DNA of 64,000 bases, taken from positions 3,782,001-3,846,000 of the forward strand of contig OZ024742.1 in NCBI GenBank assembly GCA_964016885.1, given 5' to 3'. A model generated the notes under the pieces. The model was not told where the DNA came from and made no database searches. It saw only the letters and a program-made list of their open reading frames with translations. Positions 54,644 to 64,000 of this stretch are shown piece by piece (position 1 is the stretch's first letter; each line of letters begins with the position of its first letter). Position numbers and translations under genes: made by a program. Source of the stretch: Eledone cirrhosa. Its lineage: Eukaryota.

Positions 54644-57600
54644 ATTTCTTTATTAGCCACAGGGGCACAAAAGAAGGGACAAAAACAAAGGGGGGAGTTT
54701 ACATACAATAAAAACGTGTAAAATGTTATCACAAATGCAATTTAAAAAGTTAGTCGATTTTCTCCAATAGGGAGAGACAGTTTATATGGGTAACACATAC
54801 CCCCGAAAAAATGTGCAACCCTCATCTCCAGGAGTACGAAGAGTTTGTACTCCTTTCCTCTCCTCCTCCTTTTCCTCAACCTACAGGCTGATATAGAGAG
54901 AAGGCCCATTCACTCGGGCCATTCTCGCCACTTTCACCCACCTTCATAAAACTTGCTGGGGTACAGCACCTCTCTCTCCATCCTGCTTCTTCTTCCAAAG
55001 TGGTATTTGAAAAAAAGAATCAGTTGTTGGCCGGAGAGAAAGGTCTCTAACCTCAGCCCTTTCAACCTTGTCCACCATACAACCTCTTTCGCCATAGCCA
55101 TCACACAAAGGAAAACCGCCTCTCCTTCGTTTTTGAAGGAGGGTGGCGGTTTGATCATGACAATGGACTCGGTGGTCAACCGGATTGGTCCCACCCGCGA
55201 CGATTTTCGTTCTACATAGCCCCACAGGTCAGTGACGCCCGGGCAGTGTATGAATGCGTGGGCGACGGTTTCTTCGTCTCGCACGCACCTCGGACAGATC
55301 TTTTTTGCAGGGTTCCTGCCCGGGCGCCCATGTCTGTAGAGCTTCTCTCGAACTGGTAGAGCTCCTCGGTAGCACTGCCAGGCCAGGGACTTTTGGAAGT
55401 TGTCCATCGGTCCCGGGAGGAAGGTCCTACCGAACAGACTGGCCAGTTCATCTTCCTCTACGCCTAGAGTTTCACCGAGCGCGTCGTCGCACTTGCTGCG
55501 GATCAACCCTCTATAGAATGACGAAGTGAAGACTCCACTGATCGCCGGGTCCGCTTGCCAGAGGGCTGTGAGTGCCTGAGCACATTCGATGTGCCAGTCG
55601 CCCATTTTCCTCGGTCTTTGCTTGACCCAGGACTGCAGCTCGGTCAGCGAGACGAGTCGTGGGAAGGCTCGCCTCACGAACGGGGCCCACACCGGTTGTC
55701 CGGTGAGGAATACGTAGAGATGCCGCAGCCTGAGCGCGTGTTTGCGCATCGTCAACCACGGCATTCCCAGCCCACCGTTAGAAGGGTGTTGGCAGCAGAT
55801 GGATCTCCTCACCAAAGGAGCCCGCCTCCTCCAAAGGAATTGGAAGAGCGCGCGTTCCATTTTGGCGAGCGTTTTGGCTGGACAAGGCACGACGGTCAAG
55901 CGGTAGTAGATGGCGGACGCTATAAAAGTGTTCGCCACCTCCGCTCGACCTTTCAAGGATAGTTTGCACTCGGCCCACGTCTGGGTGAGTGCAAACACCT
56001 TGGCTGTCACTTCGTTCCAGTTCTTCTCCACCTGGAGGTCCGGACCAAACCAGACCCCGAGCAGCTTTACAGGTCCTTCCGTCCAGCGTCCGACGACGCC
56101 ATCGGAAGGCATCGGTTTGCCTCTCCACGATCCGAGTTGCAAACTGATGGACTTGTCCCGGTTCAGCTTCGCTCCTGTGAAATTTTCGTATTCCTTCAGT
56201 AAGGTGCCGACTTCCTCGATTTGCGAGGCGCTCAACACCATTACTGTCACATCGTCGGCGTAGGCCGACGCCGATTTCCGCAGTCCCGGTTCCAGAGGGA
56301 TGCCCTGCAATAGCTCCAACTTCCGCAGTAGTGGCTCGATAGTCAGTACGTACAGAAGGGAGGAGAGAATGGATCGCGTAATATGGAACGGCTCCGAGAG
56401 GTAGCCGTTCACCTTGACCCTTGAGCAGATGTTGCTGTTGTGCATTGCAGCAATCTAGCCCCTGAACACGGGTCTGAAGCCTGCCGCCTCGAGCACCGCA
56501 TCCAGGTAACGATGGTCAACCCTATCGAAAGCCTTAGACTGATCCAAGTTGATCAGGGCCCCACCGAAGCCGGGTTTACACCCTACCCTCTCTATGATGT
56601 ATCGCATGAGGTGGAGGTTGTCGTGTATGGACCTGGTCGGGATTGCGCATGTCTGCGCTTCTTCCACCAGGATCTCGACGACAAGCGCCAGCCTCTTTGC
56701 ATACACCTTGGCCAAAATCTGTAACTCTGTGTTTAGCAGAGTTATGGGCCGGCAGTTGCCTATGTCATCCCCCTTATTCTCGTCCTTCCTGATTAGTGTG
56801 ACTACGCCCCCGGTTACAGAACTGGGGATTCTCCCGTTCTGTTGCCAGTTGCAGTAGACCGCTTCCAGGAGACCGGCAGAAATCGGCTTTTCGCAGAAAT
56901 TTGCCTCGCTGTCCAAGAGTCGCGGTAGGCCGTCGAGGTATGGACCGAAATCCATAGCCCCTCCCGGCGCGCCGCCCCGCCCGAACAGTTGAGTAAAGTG
57001 CCGCTGAAAGGCCGCACACATCTGCTTCGGCTCACGTATCACGGTCCGTTTTGGTCCTTCAAAGACCGAATCGTGGACTTGTTGCCACTTTTTGCCTCCG
57101 TCACTCGGGCCCAGCTAACAGCTTTGGCTCCCTCGTTTCCCAGAGCACCCATTTTGCTTCTGACAACGCAGCCCTCGTGCTTTGCGTCGAAGAACTGGTC
57201 CAAGGCCGTTCTCGTTGCTAGCACGTTGCCTACGTTGCCACTTCTAATTGCCTCTTCTACTTTATCTACCAGTTCCTTCTCGGTTCTATTTCTATCTAAC
57301 GCAAATTCTTTACTAAAAACTAACGAGTCTAATCTAACTGTCCTCTTGAGAGAGTACCACCATCTGTTGTTGACAATGGCCCCTGTCAAGAGCTGTTTAA
57401 CTAATGTGCTAATCCGTCTACTGTAGGCTTTGCTTGTCGGTAACGACAAGTTCAGCTCCCAGTAGCCGGGTCCTTGTCTATGGGTTCTATCAAGGCTGGC
57501 CATGCAGGTCACTAGTTTGTGATCTGAATAGGCAACCATGAACATTTGTGGACAGCTTAACATGTCCCTATCCTTATTTCTAACAAGAACCCTATCTAGG

Positions 57601-60376
57601 TACGATCTAGATGTTCCGCTACGATTACTCCACGTCCACAGTGGCGCAGTCGGAAAATCTAGTCGATATCTATGGGCCAGGTCAAATCGGTCGATTAACT
57701 GTTTGAGGCTGTTACACCCCCCTTTATCGGGACATGCTCCCAGATAGTCCCAACGTGCATCTAGGATTCCATTCCAGTCCCCCACTAAAAGCAAGGAGCG
57801 GGACGTTCCTAGAAAAGTCTCTAGACGTTTGAAGAAGTCTGGCCGCGGTGTCCCGGATGGGGCATATGCGGCCACCAGCCTGAAGGCTCCACCTTCACTA
57901 CCGCCAACGTCTAGGACCACCAGTCGACCCTCCGGGTCCAGATGTACCGTCTGTGTTACGAGGCCCAGGTGTTTCCGCAGCAAAACGGCAACTCCGCCCC
58001 CACCCCACGGTTGACAGAGAGATGCGTAGATCTCAAAGTCATCGAAGATGGGGCCAGCTGTCGCTCGCTGTGGATCCTGGATTCGCAAATGGCTACCACA
58101 TCCTTACTGTGTGACCTGAGGTCGTTTAAGAGTTTGCCCTGTTTAAGGGCATCCCCAGGCCGCGTACGTTCACACATCCAACTCTTATATTGGCCATGTT
58201 GGTGCTGAAAAGTTAAAAGAGGAAAAGAGATCACTCACCCTTCATCTCCTGGGGACCAGGCCGCACGATTTCCATGGGGTTGTTGGAGGGGTTGTCTGGA
58301 TGGGTGGTGGTTTCCGGCGGGGTGGGGACGGAGTTGTTTGGTGGGGTGGGGTCTGGTGGGATGGGGGTGTCTGGGGTGGGGAGACATTTGAGAAGGACGC
58401 GGTTAAGTGGTTTCACGCAGGAATTACCCCCATCCTTCTCAAATGTTTCTTTTAGAGACCTATAAGTTTGTATAGGGACCCTAATCAGTCTTAGGTTCAG
58501 TTTTTTGTTATTTTTAATAGAGTGGGCGAAAGTTTTCCCTTCGGTTTTCACCGAAGGGTCGTTCGTGATGGTCTCCATTAGTGTTTATGTTTTCAGTGTT
58601 TATGTAAGTGTAAGCGTAATCTTGTGTTGTGTTTGTTTTTGTCTGTAGTTCTTGTGTGTGCTTTCGTTTTGTTGTAGGTATTTTGTTTTCATGAGGTGGG
58701 GGTTTTGTTTGTGATGTTTTTGTTGTTTGTGTTGGTGGTTGTATGTTTGTGGTAGTGTGTGCTGGTTTTTTGCTTTTGTGATGTCTTTTCTTTCCTTTCG
58801 AGCGATGGGGTTTTCCCTCGTATTCACTGGGTGATGGCGAGATAGCCTCATCTGTTGTATCGTCTGTGTGATTGGGGAGGGGTATGTCTTGGGGAGCTGT
58901 TGTGTCTGCATGTGATTTTGCAGTGGTTTTAGGTGGAGTGGGGTTGGGTGGGTCTGTGTTTGTTGTGGTTATGTTTGTGTGTTGGTGTTGTTGTTGTTGT
59001 GGTGGTGTTGGTGGTTCGTGTTGTTTTGATGGGTGTCGGCAGAAGAGCCTTTTTTGACTCATTAATTTAGGACAGGAAGCCCTCAGGTGACCCCTGCTAA
59101 AGCAATGGTAACATGAAGGCCGCCTACCCTCAACCGAAAAGTTTATGTAGGTGAGTCCGTCCAGGAGTACACGTTGTGGTATCATATCTATTCGCTCTGG
59201 GCTCATTTGCACCAGAACTTCAATGCTAGTCCCATTGAATACATCTCTGGGGGACTTTCCTACTGACAGTATTCTGTCTTCCTCAAAATTGATGAAGCCG
59301 CACAGTATCCATCATATGTTCACCTTTGGTGTGACACTCGTGATTTTGATCTTTTGAGTCTTTTTTCCCATGTATGTAGGGAAAAAGATGTACAGGTTGG
59401 ATACAATTGGCGACACAGAGTAATTTTGGACCGTCAATTGATCCTTCATGAGTACCGAAATACTCCCAAAAAGTTAGCTTCTTTGAATGAATGCAATATC
59501 ATTCATTGAATTTTTGAAAACCAATCAATTTCTTTCTGTGACAATTGGACTGGTTTTCGGGTAGAATTGGAAACTGTCCTAAAAACTATCGTTTTGAGAG
59601 CAGTTTCCTTGCGAATTTCTACCGGAGAATTGATGCTGAGAGCACCATTTTTTTCGAAAGTGACATATCTCCTAGCGTCCTTTAAAAGTTGTTCGGCATT
59701 TGTTATGTCGAGATATATCAGTTCCTCCTTTTTTTTAACTATCTGTGCAAAGGAAATTTTTGGTTTCTTTGTGGAATTATCCGTGTTGGTGGTGTTGTCA
59801 TTATTGTTGTTATTGTTGTTGTTATTCTTGTTGTCAACGATGTTGATATTATTCGTGTTTTCCTTGGTGTTGGTGTTGGTGTTGGTGTTGCTGTTGTTGT
59901 TGTCTTTGATGCTGGTGTTATTGGTGTTGTCTTTATTTTTTTCTTTATTGTTGTTATCATTGTTGTTTTTATCATCATTATTGGTGTTGTTGTTATTTTT
60001 GTTGTCATTGAACTGTTTGGTGTCATTTGTGTTGTTTGGATATGAATTTGTTTTTACATTTTCATTTCGTCTTTCCATCTCTATAGTATCTGTTGAGAAG
60101 GAAGGGAAGACGACGATGTTGACTGCGAGCTTTGTAGTCTTACCGACTATCCACCACCATTATCGTTGGACGCAGCGTTCATAACGTAATCAAACTTTTA
60201 CAATATTTTTTCAAAAATTCGATGGAGAAAACATTTTTCAAACGAATATTTCGCCTCTGTAGGGGCGAAAATGAGTTGACCCACCACCTGAGGGTCCAGA
60301 CGGGGGTCAAGTTACACAATAATATAAAATTTAACTGTAAACTCACGTTTTTTTTCTAACATAAATTAACGTCTGA
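54644..60376 (-). mobile_element. Near full-length decayed Tx1/L1-clade LINE
   Basis: ORF1 (~58231-60078): Asn/Thr-rich, CYHCFSRGHLRASC knuckle. ORF2 (58197-54881): MANIRVGCVNVRG, GGGVAVL, YAP, GDWN, SYLDR, SDH; RPITLLN, LDQSKAFDRV, SAYADD, GGLG, CPRC..ETVAHAFIHC. Several frameshifts. Confidence 0.95.
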
Positions 60377-60385
60377 TAGAGAGAG

Positions 60386-60470
<85 letters not shown>

Positions 60471-60471
<1 letters not shown>

Positions 60472-60905
60472 ATTTCTTTATTAGCTACAAGGGCACAAAA
60501 GAAGGGGACACATACAAATGGGGAGTTTACATACAGGTATATGAAAATAAAACTATTAATAAAATAACAAATAACAATTGAAATCCCCAATAGGGGGGGT
60601 GGGCGTTACACAGGGTTGTTCACACCCCAAAAAAATGTACAACCCTCAACTCCAGGAGCACCAAGAGTGAGTACTCCATTCCTCTCTTCCTTTTTTTCCT
60701 CAACCTACAAGCTTATATAGAGAGAAGCCATCTTTGCCACATTCACCCACCGTTTATAAAATTTGCTGGTGTACAGCACCTCTCTCTCCATCCTCATTCT
60801 TCTTCCAAAATGATATTTGAAAAAACGAATCAGTTGTTAGCCGGAGAGAAAGGTGTCTGACCTCAGCCCTTTTAACCTCGTCCACCATATAACCTCTTTC
60901 ACCAT
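60471..60905 (-). mobile_element. 5'-truncated copy of the same Tx1-like family
   Basis: Colinear with 54644-55095. Confidence 0.9.
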
Positions 60906-61464
60906 AGAAAGAGGAAGACCTTTCTTCCTCTTTCTTTCTATCTTCCTTCTTGTAGCCATCAACCCTTACTCTTCTACTTCTTCCTTTTCTTCCTTCTTTT
61001 CTCCCCTCTTTCTGTCTTCCTCCCGCAGACTTATCTTCCTTCCCTCTTTTTGTTTGCCTATATCTGACCGGTTGTAGTTGTTTAGATACGGGTCCCGTAG
61101 AATAAAAAAAAATTCTTCGCGACAATCCTGGCCTGACTGTAATACCGACCTTTCCTCCTCTTTCTTTCTGTCTTTCTTCTTATAGCTGACATTGAACCCT
61201 GGCTTCTCTTCTTCTTCCTTCCCCCTTCTTCTCTCTCCTTCATTTCTTTCTTTCTTTTGTCTTGTGGCATGAGATTAACGCTAACTTATGTTCCCATCCC
61301 TTTCTGTTTTCCTTTATCTGACCGGTAGTAGCACACTGTGAGCTTTAGCCACGTCACTCGAGGGCGACCGGCTAAGGTAGAAGGTGCAAGATAGCGGTCG
61401 CCCTCGGGTCCTCGATTTTCAGCCCCATGGATTTTATCTATTACATTCACGTATTATATTTCGA

Positions 61465-61522
61465 ATACCTGATGATATCACCGGATTCATACGGAACCCG
61501 GTCATTGAAATGATCATAGTAT
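61465..61522 (+). ncRNA. Hammerhead ribozyme (family P) near the 3' end of a non-coding element (~60905-61580)
   Basis: ATAC CTGATGA tATcACCGG..CCGGTcATt GAAA TGATCA TA GTAT AATAAA. Confidence 0.85.
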
Positions 61523-61576
61523 AATAAACCTTTCAAGGATTTACACAAATCCAGCCTCCTGTCATTTCATTATAAT

Positions 61577-61633
<57 letters not shown>

Positions 61634-61701
61634 AATGATATTTGTATCTTGGTTCACTGGTACTAGAATCTCGCGGAATCTGTCGATAATTTATTCAATG
61701 T

Positions 61702-61801
<100 letters not shown>

Positions 61802-62464
61802 ATGTTTGTGTTTATACAGGAACCAGTGGAATGCTGTTAAAATAATAACTACTACATCTCCACAATCTTATTTTATCTCCGCTGAAAGCTTTCTCACAAT
61901 ATTCGCTTTCACGTTCAAATGTTTATACAGCCAAACAGCAAACATGTGTCTTCAGAATTACGCATGCGTATCAAACCAGGCATTTGTTTGATTTTTGGCT
62001 CTTTGACTACGAAATCTCTTCTTCGTGATTCTGAACCATATTGATAATAGTCATTCTCGATAATTCGATTATCGAACGGTCATGGGTGTGTTTTACAAAT
62101 CCAAATGCAATGCTTACTGCAGATGTATTGTTTTGTTTTCTAAGAATATTGCATGTAGTTTGAGAGTGATTTGTGTGCTATTTCTAACATGTCCAGTAAC
62201 CACATCGTTTGTTCATCTTGTGTTTGAAGCTTGCCTTAAACTAGGATCAGATAATACGTGTCGGAGTATTGGTGTATGCTGTGTTTAATGCATGTATAGA
62301 TAATCATAAACAGGTTTCAAGAAAGTTATTTTGTGTATTGATATATAAACCTAGAAGACCTTGTACTAGCAACTGACCTAGAGCTGCACAGAAACTCTTT
62401 CTGTTGATAACAGCTGCAATAAATGAAGTAATGACTAACTAGATATATCACCACAAGAAATAAT

Positions 62465-62650
62465 TGTTTCTACTTTAGGCACAAGGCCAGCAAATACCCA
62501 GTGCATTACTGGTACTTTATTTTATCAACCCTGTAAGGATGAAAGGCAAAGTCAACCTCGGCGGGATTTGAACTCAGATCGTAAAGGGACGTAACTATGC
62601 TGGAAAGCATGGCGTCCGACCCTCTACCGACACTGCCAATCCACCGCCGA
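62465..62650 (-). mobile_element. tRNA-derived SINE, full length, 18-bp TSD
   Basis: TSD atcaccacaagaaataat at 62447-62464 and 62651-62668. Confidence 0.92.
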
Positions 62651-62846
62651 ATCACCACAAGAAATAATGTTTCCTTTCAATCAAGCTGTTAGTTGAGTGA
62701 GAAAATCCGCTAAATTTACAGAAGCAGTCGTTAATTCATTTGAAGTTATTCGAGATTTAGAAGTTCTGTAATAAAAAACAAATTTCATCCGTGATAAAGT
62801 AATTTATTCCGACGAGTATATCAGCATGCATCACATTTTCTTCTTT

Positions 62847-63264
62847 ATATAAAAACAAGAGTATATTATTTGAGGGTTATATTTATATGAAAACAAGAGT
62901 ATATCATTTGAGGGTTATATTTATATAAAAACAAGAGTATATAATTTGAGGGATATGTTTGTATAAAAACAAGAGTATATCATTTGAGGGTTATATTTAT
63001 ATAAAAACAAGAGTATATAATTTGAGGGTTATATTTATATAAAAACAAGAGTATATCATTTGAGGGTTATATTTATATAAAAACAAGAGTATATAATTTG
63101 AGGGTTATATTTATATGAAAACAAGAGTATATCATTTGAGGGTTATATTTATATAAAAACAAGAGTATATAATTTGAGGGTTATATTTATATGAAAACAA
63201 GAGTATATAATTTGAGGGTTATATTTATATAAAAACAAGAGTATATAATTTGAGGGATATGTTT
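62847..63264. repeat. 38-bp minisatellite, about 11 copies
   Basis: atataaaaacaagagtatat(a/c)atttgagggttatattt repeated. Confidence 0.95.
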
Positions 63265-64000
63265 GCTGATATTTTCAGTACGTCGACTGATCAAAAATGG
63301 ACCAAACCGTTCACTCACGAGAGCTTATCCACCCTCCACTGTATCCATGTGAAAACTGGGGTCATTAAACTGAGAAGGGATTTGAGTGAACCACAAAATA
63401 TCTGAAAGTGGTGTCTCTTTCGGGATATTTGAGGAAAAGGAGTTATATTAACGAAATTCAGTTCCGCTCATAATATCGCTTCGGCCACAAACCCGGGCTC
63501 AACTTGCCGAAATGAAAAGGAGAGGAAGATAGCTTCGTCGACCGATTCATCTTTGTACCGGTCTCCTTGGTCCCTGCACTGCTGATTTCCTCTGTAAAAT
63601 CGGAAAAACGGGAGCCTGCTTGAAGACCGTCCCATGAGATGTGGTGGCTGTTGCAGAGGGCTTAGCTGGCCATTTTCTACGGTAAAGCTGTTGCTATTTT
63701 GCCACCGATGTGCGATTGAATTACCACTCAGACTGGGGTGTAGTGTCAGTCCCTGCCCCTCTCCTCTTCTTCCGTTGCTGATTCTTTTTTCCTTTGTCTT
63801 CTTTTCCTTTCCTTATTTTTTTCCTTATTTGTTCCCTTTCTTAATGTGTTTTGTTTGTGTATTGCCTGCTTGAACGTTGCATTGTTTCAAACAAAATAGC
63901 CTACATAAACATCTTTCACTCAAGATATATTTATATGTGTGTGTACACACACATTTAGATTGCATGTACAGAAACATTGGAACGATTTACAATAGAAGAG

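Noticed and set aside
62847-63264. CRISPR-like array
   Set aside because: Contiguous 38-bp units without unique spacers, in a eukaryotic context.
63280-63780. GC-richer exon-like block
   Set aside because: No frame gives a recognisable protein; left uncalled.

Overview
Eukaryotic, AT-rich, microsatellite-laden genomic DNA; the SINE and repeat content looks cephalopod/octopus-like (inference only). No intact host gene is visible, and most ORF-track entries are microsatellite artefacts. Contents: (1) four Penelope-like element (PLE) remnants with RT and/or GIY-YIG coding sequence. (2) By manual reading, about 36 type-I hammerhead ribozyme (HHR) motifs in about 16 unrelated sequence families. 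Most lie in short non-coding elements inserted in (TA)n tracts as partial tandems or fold-backs. The clearest case is five near-identical 485-bp HHR-bearing units at 47407-49844, which looks like a rolling-circle copy of a circular RNA (retrozyme-like). Several cores are non-canonical (UUGAUAA, CUGAGAA, U.U or C.A at the base of stem II, a recurrent C.C in stem II). (3) A near full-length decayed Tx1/L1-type LINE plus two truncated copies stacked in (GATA)n, a CR1 LINE, short RTE-like derivatives (one with a candidate HDV-like ribozyme), many tRNA-derived SINEs and a Tigger-like MITE. (4) A heavily decayed RNF145/RNF139(TRC8)-like gene on the minus strand. All structures were read by eye; none has been folded computationally or tested.
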